From an uncultured Gammaproteobacteria bacterium (GTDB taxonomy: Bacteria > Pseudomonadota > Gammaproteobacteria > SZUA-152), in the NCBI GenBank assembly GCA_913009875.1, contig CAJVYS010000003.1, positions 13,528 to 77,527 of the forward strand: 64,000 nucleotides of DNA, in the 5' to 3' direction. The translations under genes were made by a program, and so were the position numbers. Positions 41,114-51,206 of this stretch are shown here, piece after piece. Under the pieces are notes generated by a model. It saw only the letters and a program-made list of their open reading frames with translations, did not search any database and was not told the DNA's origin. Each line of letters starts with the position of its first letter. The stretch's first letter is position 1.

Positions 41114-41620
41114 ATGAGCGAGACCGATCTGACACTGGTGCAGGAATGGGTAAGGCAGTGGGGCTACCTTGGCATTGTCATTCTTATGTTGCTGGAGTCC
41201 GCCCCGCTGATTGGCCTGATGTTACCCGGTATTTTTATCACGATTTCTCTGGGCGCCCTGACGGCAAGTGGCGTTTTACCGTTAGAGAAAACCTGGTTGT
41301 TTGCTTCCCTTGGTGCCATGCTGGGTGACAGCCTGGGCTATTGGGCGGGGCGCCTGGGGTCAAAAGAATTACACTATCATCTGCACAAAACGCGTTTTAT
41401 GGAAAAGCGTTCAAGGGCCTCTGATTATCTGCAGCGCTACGGGGCGGCAGGGATTTCCGTTGGCCGGTTTGTCTGGTTCGTTCATCCAGTCGTACCGCCA
41501 TTGGCAGGTATCTCAGGCATCTCCCCGCAGCGTTTTTATCTTTACGACCTGCCAGCCTGTCTGCTCTGGGTGGCTCTCTATCTGGGGTTGGGACACTGGT
41601 TTGCCGGTATCTGGTTATGA
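41114..41620 (+). CDS. DedA/SNARE-associated (VTT-domain) family membrane protein
   Basis: YLGIVILMLLESAPLIGLMLPG motif typical of DedA. Confidence 0.7.
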   Translation: MSETDLTLVQEWVRQWGYLGIVILMLLESAPLIGLMLPGIFITISLGALTASGVLPLEKTWLFASLGAMLGDSLGYWAGRLGSKELHYHLHKTRFMEKRSRASDYLQRYGAAGISVGRFVWFVHPVVPPLAGISGISPQRFYLYDLPACLLWVALYLGLGHWFAGIWL

Positions 41621-41887
41621 AGGAACCCTGTGATCATTCTGTGGGTGTGTGCCATCAAACAAAGATAATAGCCCGACAAGGCGAGGTGATGGGAAGGTGG
41701 ACACAACCAATAAACCATCCGGTATAAACCTGAGCGATGGTGAAGTGACTACCGTAGGGGCGGAAGACGTTGGCTGTTGGCCCACATTCGCTGGTGTTGC
41801 TTACCTCAGGTTCAAAGAATGAGAGATAAAAGTCGAGAACAAATTGATTTTGCTTGTTGTTATTCGCAGCCCGATATTAGACGGTGG

Positions 41888-43093
41888 ATGTGTTTGATGG
41901 CACTGTTTGCGGTCATATTGTTGCCCCTGGAACTACTCGCCGACACTATCGCCAACAATATATCCTTACATTATCCGAAATTCCCTTCAGCCCAGATTGA
42001 AGCGGGCGCTGATAAAGAACAGATTGCACGCGGCGAATACCTGGTGAAGCTGGGCGATTGCATGGGCTGCCATACGGACACCGGGAACGGGGGCGCTCCC
42101 TTCGCTGGAGGTTTGCGTATCGACACACCCTTTGGCACGTTATTCGTACCGAATATCACACCGGATAAAAACACTGGTATTGGCAACTGGAGTGAGGATG
42201 ACTTTGTCACTGCCATGAGGGAGGGTATCAGCCCGGACGGCAGTTATTATTACCCTGTTTTCCCCTACAATTATTACAACCGCATGAGTCGCGAAGACGT
42301 GGTGGCGATCAAGGCCTATCTGGATCGTATTCCTGCCGAAAAGCATATCAACAAGCCACCACAAATGGAGTGGCCATTCAACTATCGCTGGCTGCAGTTC
42401 GGCTGGCGCGTGCTGTATTTTGATTTTGATGAGGGGCAATTCATCCCCGATCCTAAAAAATCTGAGCGCTGGAACCGGGGAGCATTCATTGTCGAGGGCC
42501 CCGGCCACTGTACCCTGTGTCATACTGAACTGAATATGCTGGGGTCTCCGAAAAAAGAATATTACCTGGCGGGGGCCTTTGTTGAGGACTACTATGCGCC
42601 AAGTATCAATGCACAAGGACTACGGCACCTGTCTCCCGGTGTAGTTGCAGATATATTTATGCATGATGTTAAACCCACGGGAGGAAAGTTGCTGGGGTCC
42701 ATGAGCGACGTCGAGCATAACAGCCTGAGATATCTCCGCCACGCAGACATGCTCGCTATTGCCGATTATTTGAAGTCGGTAAAGAGCGTATCGCCTCCGG
42801 TGAAAGGATTGCAAACACCGTTAAACAAAGAAGTCGGCCGCAAGCTTTACGAGAGTAACTGTAGCTCTTGTCATAACACTGGCGTCGCAGGTGCGCCTGA
42901 AACAGGCAAACAGAGGGTTCGCCAGATATTGCGTGATCAGGGGCGCGAGCATCTTTACCAGATAGCCATCAAGGGTGATGGCGCTATGATGCCTCCCAAG
43001 GGGGGGTGTAATATCTGTTCTGATGCACAGGTGGAGGCGGCGGTTGATTACATGATCAAGCTTGGTTCAGGTAAAAAATCCGATACTCATTGA
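41888..43093 (+). CDS. tri-haem cytochrome c (ADH/gluconate-2-dehydrogenase cytochrome subunit type)
   Basis: Three CxxCH motifs (CMGCH, CTLCH, CSSCH) in three cytochrome-c domains. Signal peptide. Start uncertain (41777, 41888 or 41897). Confidence 0.75.
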   Translation: MCLMALFAVILLPLELLADTIANNISLHYPKFPSAQIEAGADKEQIARGEYLVKLGDCMGCHTDTGNGGAPFAGGLRIDTPFGTLFVPNITPDKNTGIGNWSEDDFVTAMREGISPDGSYYYPVFPYNYYNRMSREDVVAIKAYLDRIPAEKHINKPPQMEWPFNYRWLQFGWRVLYFDFDEGQFIPDPKKSERWNRGAFIVEGPGHCTLCHTELNMLGSPKKEYYLAGAFVEDYYAPSINAQGLRHLSPGVVADIFMHDVKPTGGKLLGSMSDVEHNSLRYLRHADMLAIADYLKSVKSVSPPVKGLQTPLNKEVGRKLYESNCSSCHNTGVAGAPETGKQRVRQILRDQGREHLYQIAIKGDGAMMPPKGGCNICSDAQVEAAVDYMIKLGSGKKSDTH

Positions 43094-43176
43094 ACCGGCT
43101 GATCTGTCATGTTCATTGTTTCGAATCATCATTCTAGACTAGTACTCCATCAATATAAACTTGATGGAGTACTAGG

Positions 43177-43884
43177 TTAAAGCAGCCCGGTGCGACCTGC
43201 CTCCTTGATCGTCATGCCGACGAAGCGGCCATCTTTAAGTGCAAGAACACGGTCGGCAATATCCAGAATGCGTGGATCGTAGGTAACCAGCAGAATGGTT
43301 GAGCCCTGCTTTGTGGCAAGATCGTGCAACTGTTCCACCACGACCCGCCCTGTCTTGCCGTCAAGCGATGCCGTCGGTTCGTCGGCAAGGATGATCTTCG
43401 GGCGCATCACAAGGGCACGTGCAATCGCAACCCGCTGTCTCTGCCCACCGGAAAGTTGGCATGGAAACTTGTCGATATGATCGCCAAGACCGACCTGCTT
43501 AAGGATATTGTCTGCCGCCTCGGCGGGTGACTGGATCTCCGGGTGTAGGCGCAATCCCATCATCAGATTCTGGTGTGCCGTCAGCGCATCGATCAGGTTG
43601 TGAAGCTGGAAAATAAAACCGATATTCCGACGTGCCTCACGCAGCACTTTCTGAGGTGCACCGTATAATTCCCAACCCATCAATCTGACACTGCCTTCCT
43701 GCAGGCTCCTTAGGGCGCCGATCAGGGTTAGAAATGTCGTTTTCCCCGAACCGGAAGGCCCAGTGACAATCACCACCTCGCCCGCGTTTATCGTTCCTGT
43801 CAGTGAAAACAGCACCTGGCGGCGCAGGTTACTTTTGCCAAAGGAATGACTGACATTGTTGAATTCAATAATAGGACTCTTCAT
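43177..43884 (-). CDS. ABC transporter ATP-binding protein (DevA/MacB-ATPase/LolD family)
   Basis: Walker [10 protein letters not shown], signature [14 protein letters not shown], Walker B ILADEPT. Start MKSPIIEF overlaps the permease stop. Confidence 0.85.
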   Translation of the reverse strand: MKSPIIEFNNVSHSFGKSNLRRQVLFSLTGTINAGEVVIVTGPSGSGKTTFLTLIGALRSLQEGSVRLMGWELYGAPQKVLREARRNIGFIFQLHNLIDALTAHQNLMMGLRLHPEIQSPAEAADNILKQVGLGDHIDKFPCQLSGGQRQRVAIARALVMRPKIILADEPTASLDGKTGRVVVEQLHDLATKQGSTILLVTYDPRILDIADRVLALKDGRFVGMTIKEAGRTGLL

Positions 43885-45056
43885 CGGAAGAGTTCCGCAG
43901 GATCTGCCTTTTTCAGATGCCGCATGGCAAGAAGCCCAGCCAATATGCACATAATTGTCGTAGAGGCAAAAGCTAAGGCAGCTTTATCAAGACTCAGGAT
44001 CATCGTATAGCCGGTTGATGCAGCCGTATAACGATAGATTACCCACGACAGGAGCGTGCCGGGAATGAAGCCGAGTACCGACAGGATAAGAGATTGTTTG
44101 AGTACCAAAGCGGAAAAAAATCGGTCGGAATAACCCATCGCCTTGAGCGTCGCAAATTCTGGCAGGTGGCTGATTACATTAGTATAAAGAATTTGATAAA
44201 CAATCACTGCCCCGATGATAAATCCCATAATGGCACCGACAATAAACAAGAAACCGATAGCTGCGGTCTTGTTCCAGTAGTCTATTTCATGTTGCACAAA
44301 TTCAGCACGCGTTAGCACCTTAACGTCTTTCCCTGCCAGCATTTTACGGATCTTTTCCCGCATAATATGAGGGTCTGCGCCTTGATCGAGTCGTACGAGG
44401 CCGATATTCACAAGCCCTGGTGTGGCGTTTGGGAAAAGTGCGAAAAATGTCTGTTCTCCCATCAGTACATTGCCGAAAGCAGCGAAGGTGACGCCGATGT
44501 CAAATAGCCCATCAACGGTAACATTGTGGCCTGCTACCGTGGCGGCAAAGGGGCCATCGCGATTGAAGCGGTAAACCACGTTGCCGAAATAACTGCTGAG
44601 GCCCTTTTTATCAAACAAAACACTCCCAGTAACGGTGAGCTTGCCCTCCTGAGTGATGATATCCGGCAGGGTCAGCATATGACGTCCTGGCTGAAGGCCC
44701 ATACACAATATCCAGCGTTGATAACCCGTATTGATATTCTTAAAACTACAGAACGAATAATAAAGAGGAAGCACTTCTTTGACTCCGGTTACTCCCGCTG
44801 CCTGCATAAGCCTTGGACGGGCAAAGTCATGTTGCGAGCCAAAGAATTCAAACCCGGCGGGTATAATAACCAGCTGTGCATTCAGGTGTTTGAGCACCTT
44901 GGTGGCACTATCGTTCATTGCTGAGTAAAAACCGATCTGCACCAGGATTAAGAAAACGGCAAAGCTTATGCCGGCGAGTGCAGCGGCAAGCCGGCGTTTC
45001 TCAAAGATGATCTGACGCCATGCGAGCGAGAATCTCTCCTGGCCGGAATGTCTCAT
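43881..45056 (-). CDS. ABC exporter permease, FtsX/DevC-like (MacB-type, 4 TM plus periplasmic domain)
   Basis: N-terminal TM, large periplasmic domain, C-terminal FtsX-like three-TM bundle. Coupled to the ATPase gene. Confidence 0.75.
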   Translation of the reverse strand: MRHSGQERFSLAWRQIIFEKRRLAAALAGISFAVFLILVQIGFYSAMNDSATKVLKHLNAQLVIIPAGFEFFGSQHDFARPRLMQAAGVTGVKEVLPLYYSFCSFKNINTGYQRWILCMGLQPGRHMLTLPDIITQEGKLTVTGSVLFDKKGLSSYFGNVVYRFNRDGPFAATVAGHNVTVDGLFDIGVTFAAFGNVLMGEQTFFALFPNATPGLVNIGLVRLDQGADPHIMREKIRKMLAGKDVKVLTRAEFVQHEIDYWNKTAAIGFLFIVGAIMGFIIGAVIVYQILYTNVISHLPEFATLKAMGYSDRFFSALVLKQSLILSVLGFIPGTLLSWVIYRYTAASTGYTMILSLDKAALAFASTTIMCILAGLLAMRHLKKADPAELFR

Positions 45057-45121
45057 AATTCAATCTCTCCAGGTCGCATTCCCCGTTGCCCGCAGTGAAA
45101 TAATTTATTGCCCTAAACAAT

Positions 45122-45194
45122 TGTAGGAGCGGACCCTTGGGCCGCGATTCCAAGGGTGGGAAAACCATCGCGGCCCAAGGGTCCGCTCCTACAA
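45122..45194. repeat. palindromic element, family 4 (tgtaggagcggacccttgggccgcgat ... atcgcggcccaagggtccgctcctaca)
   Basis: Near-perfect ~27-bp arms. Related to the outer arms at 3404-3575. Confidence 0.8.
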
Positions 45195-45248
45195 CACGAT
45201 ACCTCGTCAGCTCGCCTAAAGCGCCTACTTTTGGTGCTGTGGGGTGGT

Positions 45249-45926
45249 TCAATTCGCTTTGCTGGATATATCTATTAGCGCCGTGCCCTGCAGGTTGATA
45301 AATCGTGCCGCCGCCGCGCTGTCTTTCAGGGTGATGTAGACCTTTATGATGCGGGCCTCGGTATTGGGCATCGGATCGGGCGAATAGATCGCTACCCGCG
45401 TGAGGCTGGGTGCTATGCGTGTGACCGTGCCCGTGAGCGACTGACTGAGTGCCGGACTCTTGAAAATTGCGGATTGCCCTTTTTTCACATATTTGATGTC
45501 GGTTTCATAAACCTCTGCGACCGCTTCCATATGGTCAATATCCCCAATCTCAGCGATACCTGTCGTCTCTGAAACGGCTTCGCCATCTCGAGCGTAGATG
45601 CCAAGCACCATACCCTCGACTGGTGAGCGTATTATCATTTTACTGAGTAGCGCCTCAGCTCGCTTTAAATTGAGTCGTGCTTTTTCCAGTGCTATTTGAG
45701 TCCGTTCAGACGCATCGCGTTGATCGTTGCAAGATTCTTGCGAAATGGATTTATTTTTGAAAAGTGTCTGTCGATGATCAAATTCACGCTTTTTTTCCGC
45801 AGCATCAACTTTTGCCCGTTCGACTTCCGCCTTAGCGATCCCGACTTCAATCCTGCGAACATTCGCCATATCAAAGACGGCAATGACATCACCCTTTTTG
45901 ACCCTCTGGCCTTCTTTCACGGGCAT
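45249..45926 (-). CDS. periplasmic adaptor (HlyD/membrane-fusion, DevB-like). ORF as tracked lacks its membrane anchor; the natural N-terminus extends to 46094 but is interrupted by an in-frame TAG.
   Basis: Biotinyl-lipoyl hairpin VRISEMPVKEGQRVKKGDVIAVFD and beta-barrel/MP domains. Upstream in frame: MKKITTV-TAG-IFLFTVSLTFADNASRPERVGALARLEPHNGVHTLAGPSSVVSVRISEMPVK. Confidence 0.7.
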   Translation of the reverse strand: MPVKEGQRVKKGDVIAVFDMANVRRIEVGIAKAEVERAKVDAAEKKREFDHRQTLFKNKSISQESCNDQRDASERTQIALEKARLNLKRAEALLSKMIIRSPVEGMVLGIYARDGEAVSETTGIAEIGDIDHMEAVAEVYETDIKYVKKGQSAIFKSPALSQSLTGTVTRIAPSLTRVAIYSPDPMPNTEARIIKVYITLKDSAAAARFINLQGTALIDISSKAN

Positions 45927-46141
45927 TTCAGAGATCCTTACCGAAACAACGGAGGACGGACCTGCAAGGGTGTGGACGCCATTGTGTGGTTCAAGACGGG
46001 CAAGCGCACCGACCCTTTCAGGTCGGGAAGCGTTATCAGCGAAGGTCAGGGATACCGTAAAAAGGAAAATCTATACCGTAGTAATCTTTTTCATACGCAA
46101 TTCCTAAATTATTTTTCACGATTTACTGGTAGCGACAGGTT

Positions 46142-48187
46142 TTACAAAAACGGTACCAGCAACAAGGCCATCAGGCTCAGTACCTTGCGCATCGGATTGA
46201 TGGCCGGGCCGGCGGTGTCCTTGCAGGGGTCGCCGACCGTATCGCCGGTGATTGCCGCCATGTGGGCCGGAGAACCCTTGCCACCGTAATGACCGGCTTC
46301 GATATATTTCTTGGCGTTGTCCCATGCCGCCCCACCGGTACTCAACATCAGGGCGAGAATCAGTCCTGAAATGACAGCGCCGATCAGGATACCTCCCATC
46401 AGCTGGGCGCCACTGCCGTGTGGGCCAAAAGGTGTCCAGGCAAAGGCGACCAGTAGCGGTACGATCACCGGCAGTAGCCCGGGCAGGATCATGCCGCGGA
46501 TCGATGCGCGGGTCAGCATGCGCACAGCCCGGGCGTAATCCGGCAGACGTTCGCCAGTGAGAATCTCGGGGTGGGCCTTGAACTGCTCGCGAACTTCTTC
46601 AACCACCGAGGCGGCGGCCTTGCCGACGGCCTTGAAGATGATGCCGCTGAAGATAAAAGGTAATAGTGCACCGATGAATAACCCGGCAAGAATATAGGGG
46701 TTATCAATGGCAAACGAGACACCGTCGAGGCGCGAGCCAAATTCCAGCTTGAAGGCGCCAAACAGCGCCAGTGCCGCCAGCCCGGCGGAACCGATGGCGA
46801 AGACCTTGGTGAGTGATTTGGTGGAATTTCCTGCGGCATCCAGTTCGTCGGTGACCTGGCGAACTTCCTCGGGAAGATGTGCCATCTCGGCAATGCCGCC
46901 GGCATTGTCGGTGACTGGCCCGTAGGCATCGATGGCGACTACCACCGGGGTCAGGGAGAGCAGGGCGACAGTGGCGATGGCGATGCCAAAAATGCCGGCG
47001 AAGGCATAGGCAGCGATCACCCCGGCCGCGATGACCAGGGTGGGGATCAGGGTCGATTCCATACCCACCGACAGACCGGCAATGATATTGGTGGCGTGTC
47101 CGGAGCGTGAAGCGCGGGCGATCTCTTGAACCGGGCGGTGATTGGTACCGGTGAAATAGGTGGTTGTCGCCACCATGCCGATACCCACCGCGAGGCCGGT
47201 CAGAGCGCTGGCGAACAGGCTGTTGGCCGTGTAGCTCGTGGCGCCAGCCGGCATCCAGTGACTGGCGAGGTAAAAGCCTGCGGCACTCAGTACGATGGTT
47301 AACAGCACGGCCCGTATCAGGGTGGAGAGAATGGTGCCGTGGGTACTGAGTCGCGAGGTATGAATGCCGATCATGCTGGCGAACAGAGCGACACCACCCA
47401 GCACCAGGGGATAAACCTGGTCGGCGTTCTCGCCGCTCCCCGTTACAGAGGCGACCAGCATGGCGGCCACCAGTGTCACCGCATAACTCTCAAAAATATC
47501 GGCGGCCATGCCGGCGCAGTCACCGACGTTATCGCCGACATTATCGGCAATCACGGCTGGATTGCGTGGATCGTCCTCGGGAATACCCTGCTCGATCTTG
47601 CCGACCAGATCGGCACCCACATCGGCCGCCTTGGTAAAAATACCGCCGCCCAGACGGGCGAAGATGCTCACCAGCGAGGCGCCAAAACCCAGCCCCGCCA
47701 GCGGGCGCAAATCCATCGGGCCGGTGTCGTTTAGGCTGTAAAGTAAAAGGTAGAAGCCACTGACGCTGGCCAATGCCAGCGCTCCCACCAAAAATCCCGT
47801 GACGGCACCGGAACGGAGGCTGATTTGCAGTGCGAGCGGCAGTCCCTGCCGGGCAGCCGCCGTGGTGGTCCGTACATTGGCGCGTACCGCGACCCACATG
47901 CCCACGATGCCGGAAATGGCGGAGCACAGTCCGCCGATGGCAAAACCCAGTGCGGTCAGAAAGCCGAACTGGGGGGTGATCCAGAGAATGATCAACAGCA
48001 AAACACCGACGGCCAGAATCGTCAGGTACTGGGTGCGGATGAAGGCGTTGGCCCCTTCACGAATAGCCAGGTAAGGAGGGCGCAATTCGGCACCCCCTTC
48101 ATCCTGACGCAATACCCAGAGACCGCACCAGATCGCATAGGCGAGCCCTGCGGCAGCGGCAATCAGACTAAAGGTCAGGGCAATCAT
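46142..48187 (-). CDS. hppA: membrane-bound proton-translocating inorganic pyrophosphatase (V-type H+-PPase)
   Basis: 681 aa, ~16 TM. Conserved GGG..TKAADVGADLVGK, DNVGDNVGD and EYYT-like regions. Confidence 0.9.
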   Translation of the reverse strand: MIALTFSLIAAAAGLAYAIWCGLWVLRQDEGGAELRPPYLAIREGANAFIRTQYLTILAVGVLLLIILWITPQFGFLTALGFAIGGLCSAISGIVGMWVAVRANVRTTTAAARQGLPLALQISLRSGAVTGFLVGALALASVSGFYLLLYSLNDTGPMDLRPLAGLGFGASLVSIFARLGGGIFTKAADVGADLVGKIEQGIPEDDPRNPAVIADNVGDNVGDCAGMAADIFESYAVTLVAAMLVASVTGSGENADQVYPLVLGGVALFASMIGIHTSRLSTHGTILSTLIRAVLLTIVLSAAGFYLASHWMPAGATSYTANSLFASALTGLAVGIGMVATTTYFTGTNHRPVQEIARASRSGHATNIIAGLSVGMESTLIPTLVIAAGVIAAYAFAGIFGIAIATVALLSLTPVVVAIDAYGPVTDNAGGIAEMAHLPEEVRQVTDELDAAGNSTKSLTKVFAIGSAGLAALALFGAFKLEFGSRLDGVSFAIDNPYILAGLFIGALLPFIFSGIIFKAVGKAAASVVEEVREQFKAHPEILTGERLPDYARAVRMLTRASIRGMILPGLLPVIVPLLVAFAWTPFGPHGSGAQLMGGILIGAVISGLILALMLSTGGAAWDNAKKYIEAGHYGGKGSPAHMAAITGDTVGDPCKDTAGPAINPMRKVLSLMALLLVPFL

Positions 48188-48218
48188 TTGATCGCTTGAT
48201 GGGCTTTGGATTCAACCG

Positions 48219-48404
48219 CTATGTGTTCGATGCGCTGTCGATGGCATCCAACACCCTTTGCAAATGCTCCCTTTTGGTCTTCAACTCATCACGGAATGAC
48301 TTTTTATCAGTATCCGCAATCTCATAGCTCAGGTCGGAGAGGTAGCTCTTTAAGGCTGCGCTCAGGGCTTGTTTCTCGTTTTCATCCAAGTCCAAATGAA
48401 TCAT
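48219..48404 (-). CDS. hypothetical small protein
   Basis: 61-aa ORF with balanced composition in an AT-rich spacer. Weak call. Confidence 0.25.
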   Translation of the reverse strand: MIHLDLDENEKQALSAALKSYLSDLSYEIADTDKKSFRDELKTKREHLQRVLDAIDSASNT

Positions 48405-48617
48405 TGCCGTCTCCTATTCTTTTTTTGAGATATTGATAAAAGAAACACGGATTTCAGCACTGTATATCCAGTGAACTATAAATAGCACAGGTAATGAAAG
48501 GGAACTGTAACCTAAGTAGCAGCAGGGGGGATCTATTTGTATTTAACTGTGCAGGGATGAAGGTGTCGATACGATTTGTTGTAACTTTCGAAGTCCAACC
48601 GAGGAAGGGAAAAGGTC

Positions 48618-48836
48618 ATGGTAAAAGAAAAGCCGAAGGCATCCCCCAAAAAGGGCCGCAAGGCCAAAACTCCGTCGGCAGTTTCAGTACCGCAGCAGGA
48701 TACGGTTGAGCGACAGGTAATGATCGCCGAAGCCGCCTATTTTATTGCGGAACAGCGTGGTTTTACCGCAGGCGATGAGCTTGGTGACTGGCTGCAGGCA
48801 GAACGTGAGATCCAAACCAGCTTGCAGCAACCGTAA
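48618..48836 (+). CDS. DUF2934 family small protein
   Basis: Characteristic IAEAAYFIAEQRGFTAGDELGDWLQAEREI. RBS gaggaagggaaaaggtcATG. Confidence 0.6.
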   Translation: MVKEKPKASPKKGRKAKTPSAVSVPQQDTVERQVMIAEAAYFIAEQRGFTAGDELGDWLQAEREIQTSLQQP

Positions 48837-48876
48837 AATGTTGGAGCATCGTTGGTTGCAACGCCGGGCATCAAGG

Positions 48877-49119
48877 ATGAATGTTCAGCTGTACAAACAG
48901 GGTGAGGCCGTTGGCACGGTTTGTACCTTTGACATGAATTCGCAAGGTATCGGTGTTGAGTGCGGAAAGCTGGATTTGCACGAAGGTGAAATTGTCGAGA
49001 TTGACCTGCCGGAGAATGGCATCCCCGCGGGTATGGAGTCTCATGTCCGGTGTCTGGTAATTCATACAGGGAAGACGCGTTGTGGCCTGATGCTTCTTGA
49101 TACGGCTGACGCTGACTAA
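48877..49119 (+). CDS. small PilZ-like/hypothetical protein
   Basis: 80 aa, RBS caaggATG. Weak DxSxxG-like FDMNSQGIGVE. No firm family. Confidence 0.35.
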   Translation: MNVQLYKQGEAVGTVCTFDMNSQGIGVECGKLDLHEGEIVEIDLPENGIPAGMESHVRCLVIHTGKTRCGLMLLDTADAD

Positions 49120-49454
49120 TACGTTGGCGTTGCATGTCGACGTGAATAGCCGCCACTATCATACCGAGGCACTGATTATACCTAAGTCCAACGGCGTCAC
49201 ATTTAGTCGTCTGTGAAGGTCTTTCGATTTGCTGCCGAGGTTGGTTCTTGAACCCTCACCCTAGCCCTCTCCCAGTTTTGGGAGAGGGAACAATCGGCCG
49301 TAGGGCCGATCAGTCCGGCTTTTAGCCGTAACCTGAAGCCACCGGCTTTAACCGGTGGAGTATTCACAACGGACCTGAGTTTATCCGCTCTGGGCCGGTT
49401 TAGCAGATCAGATCGATGGCGTAGGTTATAATCCACAGGGAGCGTAACTGAATC

Positions 49455-51158
49455 ATGGCATCGACTTTCGCTGACGTCTTTACTGAAATGGCGGTACTGC
49501 TGTTGCTGGCCACTGTCATCGGTGCCATCGGTGTGCGCCTGCGCCAGCCGCTGATCGTCGCCTTCATCGCGGTAGGTATCCTGGTGGGGCCATCGGTTTT
49601 CGGCTGGGTGTCGGCAAATGATCAAGTCGATCTGCTGGCCAAACTGGGTATTGCGCTGCTGTTGTTCGTGGTTGGGCTCAAACTGGATCTGCACATTATC
49701 CGTAGCATGGGGCTGGTGGCGCTGGCCACCGGACTGGGGCAGGTCTTCTTCACCTCCGTCGTCGGCTACTTTATCGCCATCGCCCTGGGGATGACCCCGG
49801 TGACCGCCCTCTATGTGGCGGTGGCGCTGACCTTCTCCAGCACCATCATCATCGTCAAGCTGCTCTCCGACAAACGCGAAGTGGACACGCTGCACGGTCG
49901 TATCGCCATCGGCTTCCTTATCGTTCAGGATATCGTGGTGGTGCTGGTGATGATTGGTCTGGCCGCGCTGGGCGAGGCCGCCGATGCAGCCGATGCAGCC
50001 GCGCTGGGCCGGGAGGCGGTCGAGGTATTGATCAAGGGCGGCCTGTTCATCGCCGCCATCGGGTTGTTGATGCGCTATGTGTTGACGCCGCTGCTACACC
50101 AACTGGCCCGTTCGCGGGAGCTGTTGGTGCTGTTCGCCATTGCCTGGGCGGTGGCGCTGGGCGCGGCGGGTGGATACCTGGGTTTCAGCAAGGAGGTGGG
50201 CGCCTTTCTCGCCGGCGTGTCGCTGGCCTCTACACCCTACCGCGAGGCCATCGGCGCGCGTTTGGTCAGTCTGCGGGATTTTTTGTTGCTGTTCTTCTTT
50301 ATCGATCTGGGCGCCGGGCTGGAGTTGGCTGTGCTCGGTGCACAGGTTGTGCCGGCCATTATCCTTTCGCTGTTCGTACTCATCGGCAACCCATTGATCG
50401 TGATGACCATCCTCGGTGCCATGGGTTATCGCAAGCGCACCGGGTTTCTGGCCGGTCTGACGGTGGCCCAGATCAGCGAATTCTCTCTGATCCTGGGGGC
50501 GTTGGGCCTGAGCCTGGGCCATATCGACGCCGACACCATGGGTCTCATCACCCTGGTGGGGTTGATCACCATCAGCACCTCCACCTACATGATCTTGTAC
50601 TCCCACCTTCTCTACGAGCGGATTTCCCCCTGGCTGGATCTGTTCGAACGTAAACAGGCGCATCGGGAAGAGGCTCAGGATCGGAATACGCAGGAGAACG
50701 GATACGATGTCATCCTGTTCGGTTTGGGGCGGTTCGGCACCAGGATTGCGCGGCAACTGCGGCTAAGAGGCTACCGGGTGCTCGGCGTGGATTTCGATCC
50801 TGATCTGGTACGCCGGCAAGAGGGGCACGGTTATGCAGTGCGCTACGGCGATGCCGAAGACCCGGAATTTCTCACCACCCTGCCGCTCAGGCAGGTGCGC
50901 TGGGTCTTGAGCAGCTTGCGAGAGATGCCCGTCAATCTCGCACTGCTGCATGGCCTGCGTGATCATGGTTACAGTGGGCGGGTGGCGGTTACCGCCCATT
51001 CCTTGCAAAATGTCGAACAGTTGAAAAGTGCAGGTGCCGACCAGGTGCTGGTCCCTTATGCCGATGCGGCCACCGAGGCCGTTGATAACCTGTTTGGTGT
51101 GAGCGGCAAGCAGCCATCCGGGGTGGGCGACAGGAACAACGCCAAAGATGTGACGTGA
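49455..51158 (+). CDS. monovalent cation:proton antiporter-2 (CPA2, Kef-type) with C-terminal RCK/TrkA-N domain
   Basis: 12-13 TM Na_H_exchanger domain followed by Rossmann-like ILFGLGRFGTRIARQL RCK domain. Confidence 0.85.
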   Translation: MASTFADVFTEMAVLLLLATVIGAIGVRLRQPLIVAFIAVGILVGPSVFGWVSANDQVDLLAKLGIALLLFVVGLKLDLHIIRSMGLVALATGLGQVFFTSVVGYFIAIALGMTPVTALYVAVALTFSSTIIIVKLLSDKREVDTLHGRIAIGFLIVQDIVVVLVMIGLAALGEAADAADAAALGREAVEVLIKGGLFIAAIGLLMRYVLTPLLHQLARSRELLVLFAIAWAVALGAAGGYLGFSKEVGAFLAGVSLASTPYREAIGARLVSLRDFLLLFFFIDLGAGLELAVLGAQVVPAIILSLFVLIGNPLIVMTILGAMGYRKRTGFLAGLTVAQISEFSLILGALGLSLGHIDADTMGLITLVGLITISTSTYMILYSHLLYERISPWLDLFERKQAHREEAQDRNTQENGYDVILFGLGRFGTRIARQLRLRGYRVLGVDFDPDLVRRQEGHGYAVRYGDAEDPEFLTTLPLRQVRWVLSSLREMPVNLALLHGLRDHGYSGRVAVTAHSLQNVEQLKSAGADQVLVPYADAATEAVDNLFGVSGKQPSGVGDRNNAKDVT

Positions 51159-51206
51159 CAATACAGATCCAATTCTTTTCGTGTGTGATAACAAGATGAT
51201 TTCAGT

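Noticed and set aside
49203-50756. Minus-strand ORFs 49203-49895 and 50094-50756
   Set aside because: Antisense to the KefB-type antiporter. Low-complexity Asp/Gln/His-rich.
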